A stretch of DNA of 50,924 nucleotides, counting the filler, from Circinaria calcarea (taxonomy: Eukaryota): NCBI GenBank assembly GCA_051942165.1. It is 2 parts of 2 records of this genome, joined end to end, with 100 filler letters (N's around TTAATTAATTAA, not from the genome) between each part and the next. Parts side by side here need not be neighbours in the genome. Positions count along the whole stretch, not along the records: positions 25,537 to 50,924 come from JAVECS010000095.1; 1 more part is not named here. One strand, 5' to 3'. The notes beneath the pieces are model-generated. The model was not told where the DNA came from. It did no database searches and saw only the letters and a program-made list of their open reading frames with translations. Position 1 is the stretch's first letter; each line of letters starts with the position of its first letter. The position numbers and the translations under genes were made by a program. Below are positions 34,561 to 47,493 of this stretch, piece after piece.

Positions 34561-37264
34561 ATTTAAGGACTGTAGTAAGTCTTCTGATTGCGAAGTGGTT
34601 AACAAAAAGAGACCGTCAGTAAACTTGCGGAGGAATTCTAGGCTGCATCTGCCGGACGGTAAATTATTTACCCGCTAGCCTACAAGGGCATGTTGTATGC
34701 GAGAATGTAACCGTCACTACGACTATGTTATATAGGGGCTATTGCGAGATTGTTTCTCTTTTTATAAAATATGTGTATCACTAGCAATTTATATTGATTT
34801 CAATGTAATTTCTTTATGCCATCACTGCAAATCTTAACGTTAAGTAGCCCAGACCTGCCCTTGAATGGGCCCTCCCACATTATTCAGGGCCTCAGAAAAA
34901 TGGCTTTCCTTGGACTATTAACTACCCCATGTTGTTAGATCAACGCTCTCAAGCCCTAGGACCGGAAGCTTAAGAGCATGAAGACCGATCTGGGAGCTTG
35001 GTGCCCCTTTTGAATTCTCGGCGATTTGTTTGCGGAGCTTATTAGTGTCTCGGACGAGACCTATAAGAATTTGAGTTACTAGAGATCCAGTTAGCTCCTT
35101 TTGAGACAGTTTCCAATACTCGAGTGGAAGGTCAAGAATACTAGCCCTTTCATAGACCCCTACTACCAGCAGCAAGGGTTGACTCGTCATAGTGAGAGAA
35201 ATACTTTCCTTGGAAAGGCCAGATGGCATCAGGGAGAATGTTTCTCTCGGACTCATCCCATCCAATAACGAGAATAAAGTACACCGTTGATTACATACGT
35301 CCCAAAATTCAAAATTGCAAGAAATGCCGTATCCATTATCGATTGTTTAGGATAGTAAAGGGCGCCTCTTTTTGATTGTAAGTATTCATTAGGCACCCGT
35401 GCAGTGATTTTTCATAAACTGGGTTGCAAAACCTAGGGTACGAGCCGCAATAGTTGCCTTCGATTTGAGGATTCGAACTAGGTATTTTTGAGTTTGGATT
35501 GTTGTCCAGTGATTACCACCGACGTTGCATGGTATTGCTCGTTGCACATTGATATGATGATTTAAAGCTTCCTACGCCATGCCCTTGATACATCGTCTTT
35601 TGATGGTCTTAAGGATGTGACTGGCAACCCCAAAAGCTCCCATTAGTTGAAATTAGGTATGAATCTATCAACGCTAGATGACTGGATTAGGTCTATTTCT
35701 GGTGCAGCCCTTCGCTCGGTTCGTTTCGCTGCCTCAGCCTCCTACTCCTTTCGTAGCAATCGTTATCCATTTTAGAGAAGATTAGTGGTGAACAAGGGCG
35801 GTCTAACGAGCTATATGTTGTATAGGTAGACTGACTGGTTGACTGAAGGCATTTGGTTGCCCCCTACTTTACGATCCGGTTGTGCCAACGGGCTGGCAAG
35901 CTGTCCACCGACGTGAGAAGTTCTACTCGATACCTTTTCTTCTTGCTTTTCGGAATTTTCTCATCTAATTCTTCGTACTTGGCATCTGCCCGATTTGCTG
36001 CTATAACCGGTTTTTGTTCTGCTTTAGGCAGGCGTGAGTATCCTTCGATATGTGTGCGTTTCTAGTCCCTGCCCTGTAACTTGTACCGTATCTTCCAAAC
36101 TGAATTCGGCTATTCTTTCACCTTCGTGCGCTCGACATCGCTACCAGCAACCTCCATACATTTGGACATTTCTGGGCAAAGCTACCGATAAGTGAATCAA
36201 TTTGCGGATAGTTTGGTCCATGCCCAATGATAATCTGGTGATGCTCCACACCAGATAGATGGAAGCTTTATCATAATGCAAAAACAAGCGTGATAGCAAA
36301 GAAAGAACTCGAGGATTTGGTGCAACAGGACGCATGTTATAGGGATATATTAACGAGTGGAATGCTGCAAACTTCACGTCATATATATAGTAACATGCAA
36401 CTACCTCCATATCTGAAAGGCAAGTACTAGCACGACCAAAAGACGTATACTTACTATTCCGGATAAGGCAAATAGTATCTCAAGGAGTAGATAATACTGA
36501 TCCGGAAAGATAACTTAATCGCCTTTGAATCTCATGTATATCTATAGTGTAGGTACATGCAAATGTTTGTCCTTCTATATGAGCGCAGAGTTCTGGAGGC
36601 TAAATTCGTTAGTGCAGCACAGGATGGAGGAGTTCATCTGCTCTCGTATGTATGTATCTCAGCGAATCTTCATATTGATCTCGTGATAGAGCAGAGGTTA
36701 AGAAGAAATGGCTGACCTTGGATGTCGTTCCTATGAACGATGTTTCATGCTCTCGGAGTCATTAACATACCATGGAAAACGTTGATAATGTCTAATATGG
36801 TACTGACTTTGACTCTAATACCATCCATAGCACACCAGCTAGCACTGAACAGGGGCTCTTGAGCCACAGTATCCTGGAAGTTCTCTCAGTCAACGATCTC
36901 CCTCCCGTTGCTGCCTAGTCTAGGCCTTCCCGTCCTCCTCTCGTTTTCACCAAACTCCTCAAGGAGCATATACACTGGAGGGTATTTGATTTCCTCATAG
37001 GGAAGCACACATCCAGGTAGCCTTTTGTGATCCTCGTCTCTTGTTGCTTCCGAGTACAACAAACTTATACGTGTCCCATGGCTGTTCATCCTACAGCGAA
37101 CCGAATTGGAAGTGTATACATAACTCTGCTGCCGACAGAAGCCGTAGAGACGTATCTCGTTGTGACAGCCCGTACGTCAAATTGGTTACATCCACTGTCG
37201 TAGAGATATCATACGATAGGCTCGGATCCGAGGACGGACTCCCCGTACCATCCTTGTCGTATTC

Positions 37265-37796
37265 CTACTTCCTCCCCTCAACCATAATGATATGATATCC
37301 ATGCCCCGTCTTGACCTCAACATACTTCGGATTAGCCGTCGTACTAGGCTCCAGGTCATAGGCCGCTTTCTCAAACGTAGCATCCAGGGAACCGCGGATC
37401 TTCCAGCCTAGACTTCCACCTAGGATAGAACCCATCAGCTTCTAGCCTATTACCAAGCGCCGGAGATTCTTCAATTAGGCCCGACTGACCTTGCCGCGCC
37501 TTATCCTCGGAAAACTCCCTCGCCACTTCATCGAATTTGGTGCCGTCGCGGAGTTTCGTCAGGGCTTCTTCTTTCTTAGAGTACTTCTCACACTATAGGT
37601 TAGTAATGCATTAGCAGCCATGATGACAGGAAGCTTGTAAGATCCTAACCAGAATATGGCGAGCGTGGATACTTGTGGCAGCCTTCAATTTTCCCGCGCT
37701 GGCTTCCCCCGTCTTGTCTTCTTTACCCTTGCCTTTGGCGGCGGGTTTCTCACCTCCCTTTGCTGATTTGTCATTTGTTTTCTTATTGCCTGCCAT
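37265..37796 (-). CDS. PIN4: Parvulin-type peptidyl-prolyl isomerase PIN4/Par14 (2 introns)
   Basis: Basic N-terminus; HARHIL|CEKYSKKEEAL, FDEVAREFSEDKARQG|GSLGW and VKTGHGYHIIMVEGRK*. Confidence 0.93.
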
Positions 37797-37994
37797 GGAG
37801 AATGGTGGTACTCAATGTGAGACTGCTACGAAGAAGTTCACGAGATATGGTAAAGTATTGAAATGTGGGGTACCATATGGTAGCGTTGTGAGCTAGCATG
37901 CGGGAGCATTCACAGAACCCCTTGGGCAAACATAATATTGAGTCTGCTACGAAAGAGAAATGATACATGTATACAACGTACTCTTTGGATCGTC

Positions 37995-38811
37995 ATGGCA
38001 GATGTGAGGCTACCTGCCACCCTTTCTGAAGCAGCCATAACGTCTTTACCAGCTTCCGTATACTACGTACCTAACTTCATAAGCCCCGCCGAAGAGATAT
38101 TCATCTTAGACAAGGTATGTGCTCTCCTCCTGCTGCATCTCCAAGCCGTCCCTGGCTCACGTGTCCTAGATCAACGCGGCACCCCTTCCGTCTTGGCGTC
38201 ATCTCTCCCATCGCCGTCTTCAGACGTACCCTTCTCCTCTGACGCCGCAGAACACACTTCTCGCATCGCCTCTGCCGAGCTGGCTGGCTGACCCCATCGT
38301 CCCACGTTTACTTTCCCTTCCTGTTATCTCGCCCTCTTTGAAGGAGCATGTCTTCTCATCCTCTCCGCACCAAGCTCCCAACCATGTACTCGTGAATGAA
38401 TACCAGCCAGGTCAAGGCATATTTCCCCACGAGGATGGGGGGGCGTATCATCAGGTGGTTGCTACAGTGTCTCTAGGTTCGCATGTCGTTCTTGATATAT
38501 ATGCTAAGAAATCAGATGGCAGTGGAGAGCGCGAGGATGCGCCAAGGTGGAGAATCTTGCAAGAACCGAGAAGTCTGCTGATAACAACTGGAGGACTATA
38601 CAAAGGTTATCTGCACGGTATTACCGAGACAAAAGTCGATGAGAATTTGAATGTAGAGGGCGTAAGTAACTGGGACATGCTGGGGCGCAAGGACGACTAT
38701 GAAATCGGAGCTAGACAAAGGGAAGCCCGTGTGAGCTTAACGTTTCGCGATGTACTCAAAGTAAAGAAGCTGGGGAAAGGGTTAGGTTCTCTAGGCAAAA
38801 GACCCGCTTGA
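37995..38811 (+). CDS. ALKBH6-like 2OG-Fe(II) dioxygenase (1 intron)
   Basis: YYVPNFISPAEE, HRRLQTYP, NHVLVNEYQPGQGIFPHEDG (HxD), LQEPRSLL, YLHGI and RVSLTFR. Confidence 0.92.
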
Positions 38812-38899
38812 GTTCATTCTATCACTGAAAGCTTTGAATGGACCTCGGACATGACTCTTGGAAATGAGCCGCCTTCTCAACCACTAACCACCTTATACC

Positions 38900-40002
38900 C
38901 TACCATATCAAGGGTATCATCATCCATCTGTCAGCTACCTTTTCCTTACCGAATTTCTCCGCATACCATGATTTATTCGAGTATGCAGTGAGAGCAAGAT
39001 TGCACACAACCCATATAAAGACAGTGAAAAAGGTCTTATTGACTAGGGTTCCTTGTGGTGCTGCCAGGAGAGTCAAAGCACCATAGATAAGGCATTCGGC
39101 GGTATAGTGAGGGGAGATGATACTTTGAAACGGGGGGGTCATGGGAAGAGTGTATTTCGCTAGGGAAGCCAGGTATACATGGCAGTCATGTTGCACACCA
39201 GAGGCAAGAATGAAGATTGGGAGACTGATCATGGTCTTGAGGGACGGAGCAGATAGTGTTAATCTCTTGAGGATCGGTTCATCTGAGAGAATGGTCTCTG
39301 TATGTATCCGGTCAGCTGGACTGAGTATGCTCAATAGCAACTTGCCTGATTTTACTTTGGTTTAGATTGCGGAAGATAGGGGGTTTTACCGACCTGAGCC
39401 TTCGATCCAGATTGCGATACCTACGCCTAGATAATGCATAAATCCGAGTAAGTAATGGGAGAATGGCATCGTGGACGCCGATATCTTCCCCAATGTTTTC
39501 GTTTCGATGAGTCGGCGCATCCCCTGAGCGGTCATCAAAGACCAGGCAAGAACGACTTGCTCGACAGACATAGAGTCTTTCCCCTTAGCGGTAGAACCAA
39601 ATCTGGCTACTGCCTGGAGCAGAGGTCCCTGAGTAAGGATCTGGTAGGCCCAAAATAACGAAGACATCACCGAGAAAACATAAAAGTGTGAGAAGTATGC
39701 ATGTGGCACCGGGTAGGTGATGATCCTGTTGAGCAGTTTGTAAAATTGCGGGCTAGTAGGTTTGGTGTCTTGCTCTGCACCAGTTGGAGAATTCGCATTC
39801 GTGGCTGACTTGGTACCGCTGGCTATCGTCCGCGGGCCATAGCTGAGGTACTTGCTAAGGAAAGGACTTTTAGAGAATAGCAGGCCCTATTCGAACCTTT
39901 AGTATAGCGTATCACCCATAATCTTACCACTAAAATAGAGGAGTGCCGTACCGTTATAGTAGCAATAGCAAATAAAGTGCGAATGATTTGAGCTGTGTCC
40001 AT
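38900..40002 (-). CDS. DFG10: Polyprenol reductase / steroid 5-alpha-reductase family (DFG10/SRD5A3-like), 2 introns
   Basis: YGPR, VPHAYFSHFY, QGMRRLIE, QHDCHVYLASL, SPHYTAECLIY, NLALTA and RWMMIPLIW*. Confidence 0.9.
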
Positions 40003-42399
40003 ATTGCACCACTAATAGAGATATCTACCGAGTCATACAAGGCCTAACAGAAGACTTTTTCAGGCAGAAGATAAATTCACTCCGGTATTTCCCCTGCGAA
40101 GCAATTAGGTAGATCATCTCAGAGACTTTCCGAGCTCTTTACCTCGGATTTACGGTCATGCCAAGACTCATCGCTTACCACACTCGTACATATGTCAAGT
40201 CACATGCGCTGCTGGCAAGTATCTCACTTTTCGATACTATTTAGATGGTGAGATTAGGTCCCTAGATATAGGAATTCGGCCTAATATCAAGTAATCTTCT
40301 GTAGGGCTTAGCTAACATTATTTTGTAATGTGGTAAGACTGAATAAGCCAAATGTAGGGACACAGCTTCTGTTGCCGACTTCCTAGAGGAGACGATATAA
40401 CGCTGTCTATACGGTGACGATGTTTTCTGCAAGTTTGGTGTACAAACGTGAGACAGTAGCCGTTCCTTTCCTACCTTTATGGTTAGATCGTTTACTTTGG
40501 TAGATATTGTACTACATCATTTAGGTCCTTCCAAAAGATAGCAGAAGCAATCTTCTTATTCCGTAGGACCAGGGAGAATCCTGATCAAGGTGACTTCGGA
40601 ACGGATCTTACTCCACAACGATTAAAGTTCTCCCCCGTCAAGAAAAGCCAGCTAGGTCCAAGGGGAAGCCAGCCAACGTAAGCTTACCGCCTTGCTTGCA
40701 TTTCCCTTTCCCATGAGCCCCAAATCAGCTCCATTCATTTTGCTTCCCCAATCAAGATCTACCATTCTCCACAGAGACTTGGCCGCTTCCCTAGTAAGTG
40801 GACCTTGCGGTACAAATCATTCCCAGAAGAAGAATCATTACTCTCAAGTCAGTGGTCGCTAGGAAGGTGCAACGTGAAGAACTCCACAGATTGAGATCTG
40901 GTTGGGAAAAAATGCATAGTAGATCCCCGAGAAGTTAGGCTAGCAAGCTCGACGATGGAAGAGTTGCTGATTTGAAGGCTTTAGTGATTGTTGTGTACAT
41001 TTCGTCGAGAATCTTTAGAGGTAAAGCCAACCCAATTCAGAGTATGATAGGTTAAGGCTCTCTGGGAAGTGCCATCGAATACTGTAAGACAGACCCCGAT
41101 AGTTGAACCTGTCTTACGGTCGATCGCGCCAGGGCCCAGTCTTGCCATCTTTATAGATTCGAGATTGAATGTGTCGCTACAGTCCGCAATCTGTTCCATC
41201 CGTGGCAAGCTTGTGGTAGGGATGTACTGTGTGGCCCCTTTCAAGGTGGCGAACTGGGTGTTTTCATCGCTCGAGGCATATTGGTCCAGACATGGCCGAC
41301 CTCTCATGTAAAAGCCTTACCACAGTGAGGGGCGCTTCCCCTCCGGATTTGTGTAACGGCCGCGTGGCAAAACACCTCCCCCTTGCCCAATCATTGCAGG
41401 CCTTCTCTCCAAGAAATCGAATATGATCCCGTGCACACCCTACCTGATGCACAGCTTCGATTAGTAACCGCGTTTTACTTACTCCGTACCCAGGCTGCTT
41501 TGCGGAGCAAAACGTTCAACCGGGCTCTTGCCGTAGGCACTAAACCTGCGCCCGACGTTGAAAAGCGGACTGCGTGGTCCAAAGATCTCGGAAAGCGCCT
41601 TGGGATTCATCATACCTGGTTCCGGACAGTAGTGGTCTCCTCTTCATTCGCCTCGAGCTGCATGATTCATGCGCAACATAATTCTACCGCCGCAGGAGCT
41701 GAAAGGTGCCCAGCAATTAGCCTACGCTTTTGCAGGGGTATCCAAAACGTGCGAGGTGTTCCTCAGCATTCCATGAAAACTGCTAGAAGCTGGAGGCATA
41801 TCAAAACCCATCATTGTCACCAAGTCCTCGTACCATCACCGGCATAATGGAAGGAAGGACTACTGCGGGTGTCATCATTCGGGAGATCTGTCGAAAGATC
41901 GCTTTTCGAATCAGCCTTAGGCGAAGATAAGGTGTCCAAGGCGCTAGGCCGACCGAGCCTTGCCTCAACGGGCTTGGAAAGTACGATGACATGGGTGGGC
42001 CTGGGAAGAAGTCGACTTGGGGGCCGGCAATTCGTGGCAGAGAAACGAGCGAGGCTACGAGGCGCGGGCCAGTAGGGAGTAGGGAACCGTCGAACGAATC
42101 AACGGGGGCCATGTCTGTCTCTCCCATTATTGCGACCGTACTTCCTTCGCAACTTGTCCATTATCATCTTTCGACAATTCTCCCACGATCACTCTCCACG
42201 GCCGTTACCCGATGCCTGGAGCCACGCAGACTAACTAGCAAACAGCATCAAAACACAGTGCGTCGATACATCGCCGCGAAATTCTACGACGGCGCCCACT
42301 CCAGTCGCTGCTCTCGAGGTCCCGCTGCAGCGAGCAACCTTTCAAGTCACGACGGCCCAAGATGATGTCGAGGAAGATTGTCAGTCAAAAGCGACCATC

Positions 42400-45300
42400 A
42401 TGAACCATGACTCCCGGCCATCATCCAATCCTACAGAGACACCAGCCGCGGTTGCGGATGAGGTCCGGGACAAGAAAAGCACTCACAATGTAGCCGAAGT
42501 ACCCTCTGAGTCATTGGCTCGAGCTCCGGCAGAAAAACCGACCAACGCGTCTGAGATCATTGAAGAGACTGTGAACGGTGAATCAAGAACTGACAGCGAG
42601 GCTGAGACGGTGGTGCCCTCGGGGAAGGATGAAGGTTCGAACACGGCAGGCAGGAAGGCTTTCAGGAATGAAGATAAGAGCGAGAGGCCGAACAAAGCTG
42701 TAGAAGATGAATCCGAAGAGAAAAAGGAGGGCAGCAGACAGCGCAGCGTCACTGCTGAATCATCAAAGCAGGAGAAATCCAACCAAGGTCCAAGTACAAC
42801 CATCGGCGCAGATACCAACAATTCCAGTAACCTCAGCTCTCCGACATCCTCACAGACACAGGCAGATTCACCGAAAAAGATAAGACCAAGATCGGCCCAT
42901 ATACGTTCATCATTGCATCATGATGGAGATTCACCCCCAGAGGAAGCACGATCTCGCAAACGTAAGCGCAAGCCTCATCCCGACGGCCTCAATGCAGACA
43001 AGCAACCATCTTCACCGAAGCAAGATTCAGGCCCAGAAACTCACGTTGTGCGCGAGCCGCGAGCATCACGAAAAGCTAGCCACCATGAAATATCCAAAGA
43101 TCGTTCCGGATCGCCCCGGTCAAGGATTCCCCATCGCGCACCATCTGCGCAATCGTCAGACCTCCAACCCGTTCATAAGCGGAGAAAACCACCACCCTTG
43201 CTTGTAGGTCATCAGCGAAGAGGTTCCGAGGAGGCCTACGAAGAGTCGGATGATAGTGGTTCAGTACATGCCTCAGCACACCTGCGTCGGCTAGTATCCG
43301 CTGACACTGCCGTTATGTCACCCATCAAAATACCGCACAAGAAGCTCCGAGACAAGAATGGTCGAACAATGCTAGCACGTGCTTGCGCTACAGAGGATGT
43401 CGACCATGCCATTGCGCGACTGCGGGATCGTCCCCAAGACCTCGACATCGCCGACAATGCAGGAAATACCCCGTTACAGATAGCTAGCTTGGAAGGCAAT
43501 GCCAACATTGTTCAGGTTCTCTTGGATGCTGGATGCGATATCACTTGCAAAAACATCGATATGGATACCCCATTAATCGATGCCGTCGAAAATGGACACT
43601 TGGACGTGGTGAAGCTCCTGCTGAAAGCGGGACTAGATCCTCGTCAAAGCAATGCTAAGGGAGAAGAGCCGCTAGATCTTCTAGACCCGAGTGATGACAA
43701 TTATGAGGACATCAAAGCTGCGCTTATGGAAGCTAAGGGGAATGAGGCTAGACGGAAACATTCAGAGGATCAACATGCGCAAACAAATGCTGGTAGGGAC
43801 AGTATCTCAACTCATAGTCCTCGAGGCTCTCCACCTCTCTATTCCGCTAGGAGTCCGCCAAAGGATGTTCCCATGCCGCGAAGGAGGACAGCCAGAAGTG
43901 AAGCTACTCGAAACGATCTTCTATGGATGAATCCTTCACCGGAGAATCTTAGAGATCTTGCTGGTATCGGTGATGTGGAGGGTGTCAATTACATCCTTGA
44001 CATGCGGCCTAAGGCTGACATCGAGGCTGTATTAGTTGCAGCTAGAGGAGGTCACAAGGTTGTCCTGGAGTTACTGCTCGCTATTGGGAGACCTGATCCG
44101 GATCCAAATCCATTACAGTCGAGTCAGTATAAGGCTGACCATAACACACCCATGCTCGCAGCTATTGGACGCGGAAACGTTGACATTATCAGTCTACTTC
44201 TGTCGGAACCGGGCTTTAATCCTACTCGTCGACTTTACAAGGAATTGGCATATCACGAGATTGCCAAAGAACGACAGGGTCTAGGCTGGCAGGAGGAATA
44301 TGACATTCTGAAAGGGGCTTACGATGAATTTATCAAACGCCATCCTACTTCGGTATCGACAGAGGGATCTCGAGGAGATGGATTGGGTCGGGAGGTGAAG
44401 AGATCCAGACGTAATACGCTGTCGTCTTTGCGAGACCCAAACAAGCCAAAGAGCCCAGACGTGGCATCGAAAGACAGCCGTAGTAAGAGGTGTCGGCTTC
44501 CCGAAGGGAAAGCCGATTCTGTTGGTCACGAACCTGGAAATCCAGAGCGTATACAGCACGACTCTCGGAACAATCTAAGAGTCCCTAACAACGGTAGCCG
44601 AGACTCCTCCGCGGTAGTCTCTGACCTTGAAAACACAACTCTCGGGTCACCTAAAGGAAGGAAACCCAAACGATCTTCAAGTGACGGGGGTACTAACCCT
44701 CGAGACCAGAAAGAAAATATTAGACCCAGGCGGAAGCTGGTTTCTGGCAAAGTTCTCAAGAGTGATCAAGAGAAGAGGAGAAGGACAAGTATCGCCTCGG
44801 AGGCCTCTTCGAACTCCAGCCAGGACCAAAGCAAGATCAAGTCAGAAGAGGGTACCATAGCTGGGGATATTAAAGTCGACATTCACAACGATGATACGAG
44901 TGCTATCCAGAATGAGGCTCATAACAAAAGGCCTCATAGGAGTCCTAGTCCACCACATTATAGCGACCCCCGACAGCTAAGTGTGTCTGATATGCCTAAG
45001 AAGAGAAAGCGGCGACGTATGGATTCAAATGGCAAGACTATGGATCAAGTAGCTGAAGGAATCCCTGCTGCAGGTTCTGCTGCAGTAGCCAACATGCTAC
45101 CGACTTCTCATGTTACTGATAAATCTGCTCCTCCACCAGGTGTTGCTCCTGTGGCATTCATGGGCAATTCAAATGTCTCACCAACGACTTCTTCTGCAAA
45201 CCTGAAAAGTATGCGAGTGGATTCACGGTCGCCGGCTATGAGCGGTGATGAAGTCGCTCAACGCAATAAATACCTACAAGACCTACGTGATCAGACAATA

Positions 45301-46299
45301 GCTGAAGAAAATCTACTGCGTCAGCAACGGGAGGACCAGGAACGAGAGGCTGCGAACTTTCAAGGTATGCTTGAAGCGAAGGCTGCTGCTGAACTCCAAG
45401 AACGGCAACACCGCGAACAGGAGATGCTAAAGCAGCAAGCTAGAGAAAGTGCTGCTCGCGAGGAAGCCGAACGGCAGTCACGTATCGATCTTGAAAAGGA
45501 AGAGTCTCGCCTGGAGGAGCAACGCAAAGCCAAGGAAGCAGAAGAAAATGCGCGAATCGAACGTGTGGCCGAGGAAGCCAGGATCGAAACGAAACGCAAG
45601 GAGGAGGAGCTACAAAAGAGACGTGCTGATCTAGAGCAACTGCGCAAAGAGCAGGATCGAAGACGTGTTGAACAAGAAGAGCATGATCGATTAGCGAGGC
45701 TGCGAAGGCAGCAAGAGGAAGAAAGACGGCGAAGAGAGGCTCTTCCTAACGGTCTAAGACGAGTAGCTGAACTTAAACCCGAAGATGCGAAAGATCCTAA
45801 AGAAATTGCCAAATGGCTACCAATCTTCACAGTGACAGGGCGACAGCTTGATCCTACCTGCAAGGCCGAAGACGAAGGGAAAAGGTGGATCGCGAATATT
45901 CAAGCCGCTCCAATACTGGCAATCACCGATCTCGGCTTATCAGAGTATCCAGCTTGGACCAGGCGGCCTACCAGTGAAGGAGAACGCATGTCCCTCTGGC
46001 GTGTTCTCCGCTGCAAACTTGCCCAAGTCGAACGCTCGCCTTTCCTCAAGTCTACTCCCCGTGCCGATCTCGCAATGGACGCTGAGACACAGGTCAAATA
46101 TCTCGCCGTGGAAAGAATCTTCTGGCTAAAGCTCTCTGACTTCATGGGCATAGTTAGTCATTTACCTCATCTTGCCTCTATCGAGTTACAGTCCGCACCG
46201 ATGGCGTTGATGCCTAGCCAAAGCTCGCCTAAACCCAATGGCTTAATCAACGGGTACTCGCCTCCTGCTACTAATGGTCTCACCAATGGCTACCACTAG
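42400..46299 (+). CDS. Large ankyrin-repeat protein, Hos4-like (Set3 histone deacetylase complex subunit)
   Basis: 1299-aa ORF with ankyrin repeats DKNGRTMLARAC, DNAGNTPLQIASLEG, DTPLIDAVENGHLDVVKLLL and HNTPMLAAIGRGN; long E/R coiled coil; C-terminal ALPNGLR...WLPIF. The Hos4 assignment rests on architecture only. Confidence 0.85.
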   Translation: MNHDSRPSSNPTETPAAVADEVRDKKSTHNVAEVPSESLARAPAEKPTNASEIIEETVNGESRTDSEAETVVPSGKDEGSNTAGRKAFRNEDKSERPNKAVEDESEEKKEGSRQRSVTAESSKQEKSNQGPSTTIGADTNNSSNLSSPTSSQTQADSPKKIRPRSAHIRSSLHHDGDSPPEEARSRKRKRKPHPDGLNADKQPSSPKQDSGPETHVVREPRASRKASHHEISKDRSGSPRSRIPHRAPSAQSSDLQPVHKRRKPPPLLVGHQRRGSEEAYEESDDSGSVHASAHLRRLVSADTAVMSPIKIPHKKLRDKNGRTMLARACATEDVDHAIARLRDRPQDLDIADNAGNTPLQIASLEGNANIVQVLLDAGCDITCKNIDMDTPLIDAVENGHLDVVKLLLKAGLDPRQSNAKGEEPLDLLDPSDDNYEDIKAALMEAKGNEARRKHSEDQHAQTNAGRDSISTHSPRGSPPLYSARSPPKDVPMPRRRTARSEATRNDLLWMNPSPENLRDLAGIGDVEGVNYILDMRPKADIEAVLVAARGGHKVVLELLLAIGRPDPDPNPLQSSQYKADHNTPMLAAIGRGNVDIISLLLSEPGFNPTRRLYKELAYHEIAKERQGLGWQEEYDILKGAYDEFIKRHPTSVSTEGSRGDGLGREVKRSRRNTLSSLRDPNKPKSPDVASKDSRSKRCRLPEGKADSVGHEPGNPERIQHDSRNNLRVPNNGSRDSSAVVSDLENTTLGSPKGRKPKRSSSDGGTNPRDQKENIRPRRKLVSGKVLKSDQEKRRRTSIASEASSNSSQDQSKIKSEEGTIAGDIKVDIHNDDTSAIQNEAHNKRPHRSPSPPHYSDPRQLSVSDMPKKRKRRRMDSNGKTMDQVAEGIPAAGSAAVANMLPTSHVTDKSAPPPGVAPVAFMGNSNVSPTTSSANLKSMRVDSRSPAMSGDEVAQRNKYLQDLRDQTIAEENLLRQQREDQEREAANFQGMLEAKAAAELQERQHREQEMLKQQARESAAREEAERQSRIDLEKEESRLEEQRKAKEAEENARIERVAEEARIETKRKEEELQKRRADLEQLRKEQDRRRVEQEEHDRLARLRRQQEEERRRREALPNGLRRVAELKPEDAKDPKEIAKWLPIFTVTGRQLDPTCKAEDEGKRWIANIQAAPILAITDLGLSEYPAWTRRPTSEGERMSLWRVLRCKLAQVERSPFLKSTPRADLAMDAETQVKYLAVERIFWLKLSDFMGIVSHLPHLASIELQSAPMALMPSQSSPKPNGLINGYSPPATNGLTNGYH

Positions 46300-46796
46300 C
46301 GTCTCTTAGAATCGCAGGAAAGACGCTCTGGTGGTTCCTTCCACAGTACTGCTCAATCCCTTGGAATTTAGCTTACTTTGGGGGAGCCACAGGCTCCGAG
46401 ATTATTGGGATTGAAGACCGAGTCGCCAGTAATCGCAAGGCGCTATCTGCCCGTAGGCTCCACTTGCAGAAATCACGTACTTGTGTCACCTCGATAGAAG
46501 CAATGTACGTAGTTGATGAGATAATGAAAATGTAATCACAGCATAGCCACCCTGCTCTGTCTCGTGTGATTTGAAAATAAATCGATATTGAAGGTCGTAT
46601 ATCGAGACCAATCTCCGTTGGTAACTAGTGCGACAAGTAAGCGAAGTACAGCGCACACGATCTCGAAATCCCCGAACCGCCAACTTCATACCTCAACATC
46701 AAGCAGGAAATCTTCTCTTTTCAGTTCTCCAGGCAAGTCGACTCTTTGAGGATCTTCCGACATTTAGAGTCTGAAAACCAAAATCGCTCAGCCAAG

Positions 46797-47493
46797 ATGG
46801 TCAGTCCAATCCCTCACGAATGCCCCACCCCAATCCAGAAGCTAAGTCCCCGTCTTAGTCGGACGGAGAAGAGTCTCCCCCCTCCCCGTCCGTCGCGCCC
46901 GCCGACGAGGTCGAAGTTCCTGCCGATGCCACCGCCTCCAAGGGTCAAATGTCCGTTCTTGAAGCTCTGAAGGGTGTCCTTAAACTTGCCCTTATCCATG
47001 ATGGTCTTGCGCGCGGGCTGAGGGAGGCTTCGAAGGCGTTGGATAGACGTCAGGCGCACATGTGCGTGCTGAACGAGGCATGCGAGGAGGAGGCGTACAA
47101 GAAACTCGTGGTGGCTCTGTGCGAGGAGCATAAGATTCCGTTGATTAAGGTGCCGGATGGGAAGCAATTGGGGGAGTGGGCGGGGTTGTGTGAGTTATTT
47201 CCCCCCCCCGGCCTTTTGGTATTGGCTCCCTTTGAGTTTAAAAAGGAGACGAGAAGAGGTTCAAGGCAGGGGATTTTGGGCATGGGAGTCCTATTCACGG
47301 ATTGCAGAATTTGTTGAGAAAAGGTCAAATAGATTGGCCAATGACTAACCCATCTCTTTCCTCTGCAGGCGTACTCGACCGCGAAGGCAACGCCCGAAAA
47401 ATTGTCAACTGCTCTTGCGTCGTCGTCCGCGACTGGGGCGAGGAAAGCCAGGAACGCTCCATCCTCCTCAACTATTTCCAAACCGAACAATAG
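46797..47493 (+). CDS. RPS12: 40S ribosomal protein S12 (eS12), 2 introns
   Basis: ATG|GTCAGT intron 46800-46858; [63 protein letters not shown]. Confidence 0.97.

Noticed and set aside
40700..41850. Overlapping 60-154-aa ORFs between DFG10 and the ankyrin gene
   Set aside because: No motif or consistent splice model; it may be a decayed gene but I cannot support that.
47189..47368. snoRNA in the 180-nt RPS12 intron
   Set aside because: No convincing C/D box pair or H/ACA structure seen.
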